A stretch of 64,000 bases of DNA from Candidatus Thorarchaeota archaeon (GCA_011364985.1 RDOC01000001.1:91124-155123); one strand, 5' to 3'; counted from the stretch's first letter, positions 9,200-18,678 are shown. A program made the numbers and translations. The notes: a model not told the origin generated them from the sequence alone.

Positions 9200-9475
9200 C
9201 TATTCTTGAACCAATGCAGTGAAAAAGTGAGGGCTCTCTTGACCCTCGTCCAACGATCTGACTCTAAAACCAGTTCCCAAATCGTTTCTCATTTTGTTTG
9301 CAGTTCGAGCACCCACAAACCGCAGACGAACTCCAGCAACCTTGCCAATCCATAACCAGATGCTTCTTGTGGACTCATCAATGACGCAATACACTGAATC
9401 GGATTGCAGCGTCTCCTTGGTCACACTCACCTCCAAGGTGGTGCCATCGTCCTGCATCAGTAAGACATTGGCCAT
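9200..9475 (-). CDS. Single gelsolin-domain protein (91 aa)
   Basis: MANVLLMQDDGTTLEVSVTKETLQSDSVYCVIDESTRSIWLWIGKVAGVRLRFVGARTANKMRNDLGTGFRVRSLDEGQESPHFFTAL follows the gelsolin-repeat pattern (L..V..., L.S.D.fiLD....I..W.G, long helix, v....EG.Ep..F). The upstream 105 codons of track ORF 9200..9790 overlap the neighbouring gene and are not used. Confidence 0.62.
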   Translation of the reverse strand: MANVLLMQDDGTTLEVSVTKETLQSDSVYCVIDESTRSIWLWIGKVAGVRLRFVGARTANKMRNDLGTGFRVRSLDEGQESPHFFTALVQE

Positions 9476-9527
9476 GTTTATTCGCCGGAATACCTTGCTA
9501 TTAAGTCGGTGTGATATTGTATTGAAA

Positions 9528-9929
9528 TCAGATTCTGTCGAACTGAGCTCGTACCGTACCACCACAATAATTGCATCGGGCTTCCAGAGGACCCGTCCAG
9601 TCAATGTCTTCGTGTGTGAGGCTTGCTCCACATGATGGACATCTTTCGGGCAATCGGACTGTTCGAATCTCGGAGCCATCGCTTCTGGTTTGCCCGCGGT
9701 ATCTTTTGGGGATGACAAATGACGGCGCTTCTGTCCTGAAACCATCAATTGCTTGAGTGCTGGCTTGACACGCCTTCCCCATGATAACAATAATCAAGAT
9801 GCATAGAATGGCGGGAATAATGAAGAACATTAGTGAGAATACACCGAATACCTCCCAAAAGATACCAAAGAGATTATCAAAGACTCCGAACTGCATATGA
9901 TTGTCCTCAAGCGAATTCTGCTGCGCCAA
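9528..9929 (-). CDS. Membrane-anchored zinc-ribbon protein
   Basis: 133 aa with one TM helix (FSLMFFIIPAILCILIIVIMG) followed by a CPSCG...CNYCG ribbon. It lies 52 nt upstream of the gelsolin-domain gene on the same strand. Confidence 0.5.
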   Translation of the reverse strand: MAQQNSLEDNHMQFGVFDNLFGIFWEVFGVFSLMFFIIPAILCILIIVIMGKACQASTQAIDGFRTEAPSFVIPKRYRGQTRSDGSEIRTVRLPERCPSCGASLTHEDIDWTGPLEARCNYCGGTVRAQFDRI

Positions 9930-10290
9930 TGCAGATTATTGCACTTATTATCTTTGTCAAAAGGATTTAGATTTTCTTTGGATACGCATCTAATCAGCCA
10001 TCTTCCTTCAGCTCCTAATGGAGAACCATCGCAAGAAGCCTCAGCTCCAAAGATAGTGCCTTACTGCAAAACGGGATGTCCTATATGAATATCCTTAATC
10101 TGTGCATGAATCTTCATAGTGAGCTTTCTTGGAACAATACTTTGAAGTCTAATTCTCCTACCTCGATCGCCCAAGAATGGCATGATTGCCTCCGATCTTC
10201 GCAAATCCTATAAATTATCCAACTTCGCAACGTATAAAAGATTCCCACTCTTCCGTCCATCCTAGAAACCTCATTGGAGGAACGTATCGT

Positions 10291-10650
10291 ATGAAAATCC
10301 CACCAAGCATTCTGAAAAGGCTCTATGTGAAGAATAGCCTTGAGAATTCAGAAGATGGATTTAGCTTCAAAATAAAGAACGCACTAGCAAATGGCACAGC
10401 TGTTTCAATGTCTCCAGTCAAAGTTGATGGAACAGAATACCCACTAGATGCCACAGTTATCAAGACTAGTGACGGTGATATACCTGCGGCAGAAGTATCA
10501 GGCGGCAATCCTGCACCAATCAAGGTTGGCGTTGAAGTTGTCATTCATGTGACAGCAGATCCACTTTCTGAAGGCGCTCACACAATTGGCATTGCGCTTG
10601 AAACCAGGGAAATTGGAGAGATTGCTTTCGAGGTCGATGATGAGATCTAA
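10291..10650 (+). CDS. Hypothetical small beta-rich protein
   Basis: 119 aa from ATG 10291, with GGAGG (10276-10280) 10 nt upstream; the longer track ORF starts at 10186. No family recognised. Confidence 0.5.
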   Translation: MKIPPSILKRLYVKNSLENSEDGFSFKIKNALANGTAVSMSPVKVDGTEYPLDATVIKTSDGDIPAAEVSGGNPAPIKVGVEVVIHVTADPLSEGAHTIGIALETREIGEIAFEVDDEI

Positions 10651-11023
10651 GCTATGAAAAAGTAAGCACAAGATGTTGCCCCTTCTGCATTCCCTTTTGT
10701 CTTACTTTACATGATCACATGATTATCTCCTAGGTTTCTGCGAGGAATACCATCAACAGAACAAGAATGAGAACTACTACCTAAGTGATCAGGAATAGTG
10801 CATTTCCTTCTCAGTTACTTTGATATTTGTAAAAAGGGTATGTTAGATCCTGATCAGTTTGGATGCCATTATCCAGCTCGTTCTACGATTCGCCCTCATC
10901 ACTCATTTGCATCAGGGATTTTCTCTATGTTCAACTCATCATATCACAGATAGGGATTCGGGCTAAGGTCTTGCCGGAATAGTTTTCTGCATTTCCTGTT
11001 CCTTTATCACGGTGGTTAGCGAC

Positions 11024-11935
11024 ATGTACGTTAAGATCAGACAAGATGGTGCAATTGGCATTGGCCGCGCAACTGAAGGACAAGCCGAAATCACAATGGG
11101 GTATGGAGAAGCACACATGATTGCTGCAGCACTAGAGAAGCTGGCTCAGACAGCACGCAGCTACAAGCAGGTTTACCACAAGACGACTGATGTCGGAGGG
11201 GGAAACAAAATCGAGTTTGAGCGGACTGACGATGGTACTATATCCATTTCCGGCGACAAGCAGTCCTACTTCTGTACTGAATGGGAAGTTCGCGACCTCG
11301 CAGAGAAGCTGAAGCATTTGCCGCCCGTAGAGGTGGCCCCTCCATCAGACTATGCGAAAAAAATCACTCCAAACAAAGGATTCTGCATAAATCTAACAAA
11401 CGGTGGACAGATAATTAGGCTCAAGCTGGCGGATGCCGCCTTGGTGAAGATAGCAGTTCAAAGCAGTGTGAATAGTCGCTTCTACGATGAAGTTATAGAT
11501 CTTGCAGATCGCAAGATTACCGTCAGAAGAAGCAGCGATCTGAAGTGGGAACTTGGAGATGGTAATAGCACGGTCAGGTTCACTGCCTACGAAGTTGAAG
11601 CGTTACTTACAGGACTTCATAATGCTGTGCTTGATGTTCTAATGGATATGGTCAAGTCCTTGGGCAGTGACGATTTGGCCGATATCAGAGCAAAATCACA
11701 GATTCAACGAATCGAGCAAGAATCAACCAAACTTCTGACTGATTACTCCAAGGGAAAGGGAATCACGAAAACCCTTCTGAAGAGCGCAAAGAGAATCCTT
11801 GGAAAAGGAATGGACGCGGACAGTCGCACAAACGAGTTCATAGATATCTGCAGATATGTTCTGGGAAATACTGACCCAAGATATCAAGGGCCAATTCTCG
11901 AACTTCTATCAACCACCTTTGTAGGGGAGTCCTGA
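11024..11935 (+). CDS. Hypothetical protein with three or four internal ~45-aa repeats
   Basis: Repeats of the form YVKIRQDGAIGIG...HMIAAALEKL, KIEFERTDDGTISISG...VRDLAEKLKHL and KITVRRSSDLKWELGDG...VEALLTGLHNAV. Convergent with the helicase gene. Confidence 0.5.
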   Translation: MYVKIRQDGAIGIGRATEGQAEITMGYGEAHMIAAALEKLAQTARSYKQVYHKTTDVGGGNKIEFERTDDGTISISGDKQSYFCTEWEVRDLAEKLKHLPPVEVAPPSDYAKKITPNKGFCINLTNGGQIIRLKLADAALVKIAVQSSVNSRFYDEVIDLADRKITVRRSSDLKWELGDGNSTVRFTAYEVEALLTGLHNAVLDVLMDMVKSLGSDDLADIRAKSQIQRIEQESTKLLTDYSKGKGITKTLLKSAKRILGKGMDADSRTNEFIDICRYVLGNTDPRYQGPILELLSTTFVGES

Positions 11936-11948
11936 CATTCCTGTATAA

Positions 11949-13388
11949 TCATTCAGAGAAGCATCTTGAGTCACTTTCAAGTAATGCAGTGGACCATGGA
12001 TATCTCTCAATTATCCGCTGCATCAGTCGTCGGACCTTCCGCTCCTCAGAGGTGCCTTCATAGACCAGAAGAATGACGAGTCCTCCTCGAGTTCTCTTGA
12101 ATTTCTGATACATTGTCTTAGAAGTGTTTATCGAATCGCAAACAACCATCACTTCAGCTTGGGGAATGTCAAGATCTCTCTCACCAACTGGAGACATGAT
12201 TAGCACCCTAGCATCATCATTCTCACGAAATTCCCTGAGAACTTCGCCCTTGTTTGGCTTTTTTCCAGTGATCGTAAGAACTCGGACCTGTGCCTTTTCC
12301 AAGACATCTTGGATTTGGGAAACCATCTCAAGATAGGAGGTTAGGATGAGAACCTTCTTGTACTTCAGCGAAATCTGGAACGCGCGAGTGACTTTTGCTG
12401 ATATTCTTGGAAGAGCCTTCCGAAGTTGGCTGACATTGAAATAGTGTTTCAGATAATCAGAATGGAACATCTTCAGAAACTGCCTTGGTGGCATTGCGAA
12501 GATATATTTCCGAAGCAACAGAAGACCAGAGTATCTTCCCTTCAGCTCTTCGGCTATAGGAAGACGCTCAATCATCAGATGCACTCGTCGTATGTCACCA
12601 TCAATCAAATCGAGATTGTCACCCTCAACAAGCTGGTTTACAATTTCAGAGCGAGTATTTCGAATGAGTTCATCCAAGACTCTGGCGATTGAACGTATCC
12701 GAACATCGACGACTGGAGAGATAGTAACAAAGGTTGGTTCCAAATAGGACTCTACATCGGTTCCGTAAAGCTCATTCATAGAGATTAGTTCTGAATTGGG
12801 GATATGCTGTGTCAGAGTCTTGAGTTCATTTCTTATTTCTACTTGCTCTTGGGTGAATATTGCATGATCATCACGCAGTGTGCCACTCATTCCAATTAGC
12901 CACTTGTCATCAAACAGGGAAAGCAGTGTTGGCCAAGGAAACACAAGTGCAGTTCGGCCGCCACTGCGGCGGATTAGCGTATCAACCTCATTAATCAGCA
13001 GCGCATCAAAAGACTCGAAAAGGCCCATGTCTTTTTTGGCCAAACCAGCAAGGACTTGCGGAGTAGCCACAACGACTCTACTCTCCTTTAAAACCGAAGG
13101 CCTACGACCAGAAGACACTCTCGATGACAACTCCCCCAATTCATTATCAAGTCCACCATATTCACCACGGAGGTAGTCAATGGTTTCTGCAAGTGATGAA
13201 GAGGAGTGAACCACGATAATGAAGCGTAAGCCAGGAAAAATCTCCGACACTATCTTGTGTGTAATGAATCGCTTCCCAAGCCCGCAGTCAAGCTCAAGAA
13301 GGAGATTTGTGCCCTTGAGCTGCCTTATTCGGTCCAAGATGTATGTCTGATAACCGCGAGTGGTGTACTTGGATTTCTCACTTGACAT
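11949..13388 (-). CDS. SF2 helicase-like protein, Hef/FANCM-type core, degenerate ATPase motifs, no nuclease domain
   Basis: 479 aa. It has TRGYQTYI, then LDCGLGKRF in place of PTGxGKT, VVVATPQVL, LINEVD in place of DEAH, MSGT, and YQKFKRTRGG in place of QRxGRxGR. The C-terminal RecA-like lobe is intact (VLILTSY..., VLIMSPVGERDLDIP). Confidence 0.6.
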   Translation of the reverse strand: MSSEKSKYTTRGYQTYILDRIRQLKGTNLLLELDCGLGKRFITHKIVSEIFPGLRFIIVVHSSSSLAETIDYLRGEYGGLDNELGELSSRVSSGRRPSVLKESRVVVATPQVLAGLAKKDMGLFESFDALLINEVDTLIRRSGGRTALVFPWPTLLSLFDDKWLIGMSGTLRDDHAIFTQEQVEIRNELKTLTQHIPNSELISMNELYGTDVESYLEPTFVTISPVVDVRIRSIARVLDELIRNTRSEIVNQLVEGDNLDLIDGDIRRVHLMIERLPIAEELKGRYSGLLLLRKYIFAMPPRQFLKMFHSDYLKHYFNVSQLRKALPRISAKVTRAFQISLKYKKVLILTSYLEMVSQIQDVLEKAQVRVLTITGKKPNKGEVLREFRENDDARVLIMSPVGERDLDIPQAEVMVVCDSINTSKTMYQKFKRTRGGLVILLVYEGTSEERKVRRLMQRIIERYPWSTALLESDSRCFSE

Positions 13389-13735
13389 TTCACTAGCTCA
13401 TCCATTCAGTGAGTTAAGAACTCGTTTCGAAAGCCAAGATAGACTGTTTTATGGGTCTTATAATGTTTGACAAGTACTGCATTTTGTGAGAACTACACGA
13501 GTAGTACGCAAGTGGGATAGAGATAGAACTGCGTTTGTTGATGTTATTGTCCAAACAGAGCTGGACGCGAGTGTTTCTTGCAGAAACTGCAGGTATTATC
13601 AGCACAACGAAGGTATCTGCGAAGGAGTAGCCTCCAGTTACTATAAGAAGAAGACACCATCCGCTGAACTCATACCTCCATCTTCAGAATGCGAAATAAG
13701 GTTGTCGCCGGGTCTTCTTGCCTTTGTCTGGTCTA

Positions 13736-14134
13736 TCAAAAGCTCTTGAAAACCTTGGCCAATGAAGGGGCTTCGACATGCATTTCAAACTCGTTGAATT
13801 GTCCAAAAGGAACAATGTGAACCTTGAATCCTCGGTCCTGAAGCCGCTTTGCAGTTTCCACAATGATGCTCTTGGCAAATGAAGACCTCGACTTGCTATC
13901 GCTCAAGTGTGCGAATGAATGAAGAACCACTGAGTCTACATTGACTTTGTCGCAAAGCCAACGAATGTTCTTGACCATTTTTCGAAGAACACCTGAACGG
14001 TCATCTTGGTCATGACGCTCCGATTGAATCCAGACAAGGAGCGATTCTCCAAGAGTCTCCTTTGCAGATTCCTTGGATTCGTCCTCTTCAGCGATATACC
14101 AGAAATGACTTACATGAAACATTAGTATCTTCAT
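13736..14134 (-). CDS. Free-standing archaeal ThrRS editing-domain-like protein
   Basis: 132 aa. MKILMFHVSHFWY...VVLHSFAHLSDSKSRSSFAKSIIVETAKRLQDRGFKVHIVPFGQFNEFEMHVEAPSLAKVF parallels the N-terminal editing domain of archaeal threonyl-tRNA synthetase (..YPFAHLS...GF.V...PFG....F...CKGHPL). Confidence 0.55.
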   Translation of the reverse strand: MKILMFHVSHFWYIAEEDESKESAKETLGESLLVWIQSERHDQDDRSGVLRKMVKNIRWLCDKVNVDSVVLHSFAHLSDSKSRSSFAKSIIVETAKRLQDRGFKVHIVPFGQFNEFEMHVEAPSLAKVFKSF

Positions 14135-14185
14135 TCTATGGATAGACTCCTACTTCGCTTGAGATAAGTCTCATGCCTTTGTAAA

Positions 14186-15058
14186 TCAATTTGCAAATGA
14201 ATTCTCGTCATTCGTGATTTGCTTGTCAAACGATGGTTCATTGGGAAGATTGTCAGACATCGGGCCAGGAACTTCAGGAGCAGAATCGGTCATCCTGCGA
14301 GGTATGGCCTTTCCATGTACCCAAATGGTATTGTCAGGAATGACCTTGTCTTTAGGTACAACGGTGTTCGCTCCAATAATGACATTGTTACCAATGTCTG
14401 CCCCAGCAAGAATGACTGCGTTCGCACCTACAGTGACATTGTTACCTATTCGTACTGTGTTGATATACAGGCGATCATCCTCGTAGACATGACCGCTTAT
14501 TACAGCATCATATCCGAAGAAGCAGTTGTCCCCGATTACTGTTCGTTCCGGATTAAACAGGCGCCCATTTCCCACAACAGTGTTGTAACCAATCTTTGCA
14601 CCAAACCAAATATGTCTGGGCTTGACATCGAAGAAAACTGAAAAGAACCAAGCGAAATACGGAAAGACAATATAGTAGACTTCGTAGAACTCATACAGGA
14701 GCCACACCTCAGATTTCAACGAGTAGTAACCGTCTTCAAGGAAAGGAATCAGTCTGCGGGAGAGCCTGAAAGTGATTGCAAGAAGGGCTAGAAAGATGCC
14801 ATAACAAACAAAGACAAGCGTGGGGAGAAACACTATGAACCAGAATCGCTCAAAGAGCACTATTGGAAAATAACCGCCAAGAAGGGCCTGAACGAGAGCT
14901 TTGATGTTCACAAAGGGCCAACCGATACCATCGATGAATGCATCAGTCTTGTCATAGGCGTCAACAACCAAGAAGACTGTTGGAATTGCAGATATTGTGA
15001 TGCTGACAAGTATTGAAATGGCCAAGTAGACGCCATAAACAATCGACCTGAGTTTCAT
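14186..15058 (-). CDS. Membrane-anchored hexapeptide-repeat (left-handed beta-helix) acyltransferase
   Basis: 290 aa with several N-terminal TM helices, then hexapeptide repeats (IGDNCFFGYDAVISGH, IGNNVTVGANAVILAGADIGNNVIIGANTVV). Confidence 0.65.
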   Translation of the reverse strand: MKLRSIVYGVYLAISILVSITISAIPTVFLVVDAYDKTDAFIDGIGWPFVNIKALVQALLGGYFPIVLFERFWFIVFLPTLVFVCYGIFLALLAITFRLSRRLIPFLEDGYYSLKSEVWLLYEFYEVYYIVFPYFAWFFSVFFDVKPRHIWFGAKIGYNTVVGNGRLFNPERTVIGDNCFFGYDAVISGHVYEDDRLYINTVRIGNNVTVGANAVILAGADIGNNVIIGANTVVPKDKVIPDNTIWVHGKAIPRRMTDSAPEVPGPMSDNLPNEPSFDKQITNDENSFAN

Positions 15059-15215
15059 CCTAGTACCTTCTCATAAATGAATTGCTTTGATTATATAGGA
15101 TACCTATTTTAACCATAGCAATATAGCCATTAGAATTAGATTACGTTAGAGAAATAAATATAGACGGAACAAAAGGCATGCAACCAATCAAAATGCCCCC
15201 TTGGAAGTCGTAAGA

Positions 15216-16445
15216 ATGGCACATGACCTCTTGATTGTTGGAACTGGCCCTGCCGGACTCATGACCGCAGAAAGAGCAGCTGAATATGGTCTGAATACAC
15301 TTGTCCTTGAAAGAAGAAAGGCTGTGACAGACTCCCTAATGGGAGAACTAGTAACCATGAACGCACTTAAACTACTAAGAGTGAAACCAGGATCGGAGTA
15401 CATTGGCAACAAGTACAAGGCAATCGTGGGAGAGAGTCTTGATACAGGAGCCAAAATCTCTGTGGGAGAGGGGCTCTTGGGCGACTCGTTTATTCTAGAC
15501 GAGGACCGATGTCAAGAACTGATGAGAAACCGTGCTGAGGCGAATGGGACTGAATTTCGATACAAATCCAAGGTCGCCTCTGTCATCAAAGAGAGAGCGC
15601 AAGTGGTCGGTGTGAGGTACAACGGGGCAGATCAAGCCAGGGCCAATCTCACCGTGGGTGCAGATGGCTCATTTAGTCGGGTTTCTGAGACCGCTGGATT
15701 CACACATCCGAAGTGGCTTCTGTCATACGGTATTAGATGGAAGCTTGAGAACTGCAAGGGAGTAGATGCAGACACAGCATACTTCTATGTGGGCAAAGAC
15801 ATTGGATTAGGCTATCTATGGCTTTATCCACGCAGCGAATCAGAGGTCAACCTAGGAATCGGAAGGGTCCCATCCTCAAAGAAGAACTGGGAGAACCTGC
15901 CTTCACTTATCGATGTTCTTAAGAAATATAAAAAGATTCTACCTGGCTTGAGAAATTCGAAAATCGCCGCGCAAAATGGAGGTGCGGTGCCTTGTGCAGG
16001 GCTAATTCCCAAATTCGCTGACGCAGGAGTTGCACTCGTAGGCAATGCTGCGGGACAAGTTTCCTCAATTGTGGGCGGAGGAGTGACAACCTGTTTCCAT
16101 GCTGGCACCGTCCTAGCAAGGCATGCCAAGCGAGCCGTTGAAGAGAATGATTTCTCTAAGAACAGTTTGATGAAGTATGAGAGGGAATACCGTCGCTCGA
16201 AATTGGCATGGAGTATTCAAAACACAGGAAAGGGCTTTTGGGCCATCTCAAAATACGCTAGATTCAACGATCCTATAAAAGCAGCTGAAACTGTACTGAG
16301 CCAACTAGATGCCAAAACTTTGAATGCACTTGTACAAGGTCAAGCAGGTGTTTCTGACATCATGACACTACTGAGGGATTTTATGCCGATAGTATTGACA
16401 ATTGGTAAGGGATACCTCAAGTCAATTGCTGTTAGTGGATTCTAA
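15216..16445 (+). CDS. Geranylgeranyl reductase family FAD-dependent oxidoreductase
   Basis: MAHDLLIVGTGPAGLMTAERAAEYG dinucleotide-binding motif, VGADGSFSRV and LVGNAAGQV. The track ORF starts at 15201. Confidence 0.75.
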   Translation: MAHDLLIVGTGPAGLMTAERAAEYGLNTLVLERRKAVTDSLMGELVTMNALKLLRVKPGSEYIGNKYKAIVGESLDTGAKISVGEGLLGDSFILDEDRCQELMRNRAEANGTEFRYKSKVASVIKERAQVVGVRYNGADQARANLTVGADGSFSRVSETAGFTHPKWLLSYGIRWKLENCKGVDADTAYFYVGKDIGLGYLWLYPRSESEVNLGIGRVPSSKKNWENLPSLIDVLKKYKKILPGLRNSKIAAQNGGAVPCAGLIPKFADAGVALVGNAAGQVSSIVGGGVTTCFHAGTVLARHAKRAVEENDFSKNSLMKYEREYRRSKLAWSIQNTGKGFWAISKYARFNDPIKAAETVLSQLDAKTLNALVQGQAGVSDIMTLLRDFMPIVLTIGKGYLKSIAVSGF

Positions 16446-16648
16446 GAAATAGTGGCCAAAGCAGGGTCAACCCCCCCGCACCCTGCTTCGCCACGGCGAT
16501 CTCCACTGCTGCCCTGTAACATGCCCAAGTGGATAGTTATCTACCCACTTGGAGTTCCTGCGTTTGCCTTTGTAGGGAAAGGAGATTTCCCAGCCATGAA
16601 AAGCATGGCTTGTAAGACATTATATAAGTTCCTTTTATAAACAGAACT

Positions 16649-17767
16649 ATGTCCACAAGTTGGCCATTTAGCTGGGAATTTGATAAATTTCGACACTTAG
16701 CAGAGGGAAATGACGTGAAATATGAAAACGATGTGATAAAGGCCCTGCAAACGCTGCAACTTGTTACGGAAGAAGGGAAGGAATCACGGGATATGCTCAT
16801 TTTAGAAACCATATTAAGAATGCAGAAGGAACCACCAGTTCATTTTTCCTTCTCTGAAATATTCAGTGCGCTTAAAGTGCATCACCCCTCTGCCAAGCTG
16901 AAGAAACCTGCCGTTCATAAGTCACTGCAGTGGCTGCTCGAGAACCAGCTTGTGCGGCTTGAAAGCTCAATAAAGTATCGCAAGAAGTACCTTGCTGACG
17001 CCAATACGCTGATGGCAGGACTCGAGAATCTCAAGATGCGTCTGAGCAAGGAGCTTCAAACCAAGAAAAGGCAAACGGAGAAAGCTCTGAAGTTGGTCGA
17101 ATCGTGCAATTGCTCTGAGCTTTCGCAGAGAATAATGACAGCGATCACTGGGAGGAGAGCATCCCCGAACTCACGATTCATGAGAGGAATGGAGGAGTTT
17201 GAGAGAGTCACAGACTCTACAATTTATGATAGAGCAACAGAAGGAGATGTAATAAGAAACTCTCTGCTTTGGATAGGTCCATTCACTGAAGGGGCCACTG
17301 AACGCTTCGGAAGAGTTGTAGAAGCGGCAAAAAAAGGAGCAGAAGTCAGATATGCTTCTCATCCTGATCTCCTATTGCAAAGTGATAAACTGAAGAAGGA
17401 CGTTTCTTCCGATTGGATTCAACATACCCTTGCAGATTTCATTGCAGTTAGGGCGGAGGGAAAGCTCATTGATTTGCGAATTATCGATGTAGACAAGAAA
17501 GGATACCAATTTGCAGCTCTGAACAACGAAGTCATGGCGTTCTTCATTTCAGAGGACCCCATCACAGCGGCATGGGTCACGCGGGAATTCAATCCAGACC
17601 TAATTGACAATGCAATTGCTGACTTTGATAAACGCTGGGAACAAGGAATCTCGATTTTTGAGATTACAGAAGAGAAATTGAGATCAATGCGTATTAATCC
17701 GAAGGGACATCTTCAAGCTGTGGTGTTGAAAGGTCTGAAGAAGAGAAAGAGTGGAGAGGGAGAATGA
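16649..17767 (+). CDS. TrmB-like transcriptional regulator, paralog 1 (wHTH, coiled coil, C-terminal domain)
   Basis: 372 aa. wHTH (FSEIFSALK...VHKSLQWLLENQLVRL), then a helical linker, then a C-terminal domain ending in NAIADFDKRWEQG. Same architecture as the next two genes. Confidence 0.55.
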   Translation: MSTSWPFSWEFDKFRHLAEGNDVKYENDVIKALQTLQLVTEEGKESRDMLILETILRMQKEPPVHFSFSEIFSALKVHHPSAKLKKPAVHKSLQWLLENQLVRLESSIKYRKKYLADANTLMAGLENLKMRLSKELQTKKRQTEKALKLVESCNCSELSQRIMTAITGRRASPNSRFMRGMEEFERVTDSTIYDRATEGDVIRNSLLWIGPFTEGATERFGRVVEAAKKGAEVRYASHPDLLLQSDKLKKDVSSDWIQHTLADFIAVRAEGKLIDLRIIDVDKKGYQFAALNNEVMAFFISEDPITAAWVTREFNPDLIDNAIADFDKRWEQGISIFEITEEKLRSMRINPKGHLQAVVLKGLKKRKSGEGE

Positions 17768-18678
17768 CGTATCAATCGCTTGAAGAGATACTGGAGCTTC
17801 TCGGGATGGACGTAGCCTCAAAACCAGTTGACATTTTGAGAGCTCTTCTTAATGCCCAGTCTGAATTGGGTGTCTTTCTAGAATTCTCTGATATAAGAAC
17901 CGAGTTAGAGTCACTAGTTGACGGAAAAAGCTTAGACCGTTCTTTGGTTCATCGTCAGCTCAAGTCATTAATAGAAGAAGGCTATGTTCGTGTTGATAAT
18001 AGTGGATATCGGCATAGATACATGACGAACATTAGCACACTGGCCAACGTTCTTGAGAAGAAGATCTCTGAATATCGTATCTTCTTGAAAGAGGAGATCG
18101 ACAGAATCGATAAGGATTTGTATCTTCTCGACCAGACAGACGCATCGGACCTTGGGAAATCGCTCATCGAGTTGATGAGTGGAATGAAGTCGGAAGAACG
18201 CCCTCATTTTGCATCAGGACTTGATGGATTACTCCGACTTGTTAAAGGAGAGGTTCAATCTAAGGCAAGAAGAGGGGAGACTATCAAGGCAACTGCTGAC
18301 TGGCTAAACACTGAGGCAGATCTTAAACCAGAACAGGTTGCCTGGATTTCTGACCTCGCTACCCGGGGCGTGAAGATGAAAGTATTAGGGCAGTTCAGAT
18401 CAGCAAAAGAAGCCCAGAAGAGAGTGAGGAAGCTGTATGATATAATGCAAATTCTAGGACTTGATATAGAATACAGAATTCGCCCTTTGAAGAAGGCGAC
18501 ATATCAATTCGTTGGCTTCAAGAGAATAGGGATTGTACTTGTTGTATCAGAGAACCCTCTCGCATCAACTTGGATTCCGAAGCAGAGCAATCCTCTGCTT
18601 ATTAACCATGCCATCGAAACCTTTGACAGGGACTTCGAAGCTGCCGAGCCAATAATCTTTGATGACTATCATGTATAG
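17764..18678 (+). CDS. TrmB-like transcriptional regulator, paralog 2
   Basis: 304 aa. wHTH (FSDIRTELE...VHRQLKSLIEEGYVRV), coiled coil, and a C-terminal domain ending in HAIETFDRDFEAA. Its ATG overlaps the paralog 1 stop (ATGA at 17764-17767). Confidence 0.55.
   Translation: MTYQSLEEILELLGMDVASKPVDILRALLNAQSELGVFLEFSDIRTELESLVDGKSLDRSLVHRQLKSLIEEGYVRVDNSGYRHRYMTNISTLANVLEKKISEYRIFLKEEIDRIDKDLYLLDQTDASDLGKSLIELMSGMKSEERPHFASGLDGLLRLVKGEVQSKARRGETIKATADWLNTEADLKPEQVAWISDLATRGVKMKVLGQFRSAKEAQKRVRKLYDIMQILGLDIEYRIRPLKKATYQFVGFKRIGIVLVVSENPLASTWIPKQSNPLLINHAIETFDRDFEAAEPIIFDDYHV

Noticed and set aside
9476-9790. The N-terminal 105 codons of track ORF 9200..9790.
   Set aside because: This part overlaps the 3' half of the well-formed zinc-ribbon gene 9528..9929 in another frame and has no family features. 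The gelsolin pattern starts exactly at MANVLL (ATG 9475).
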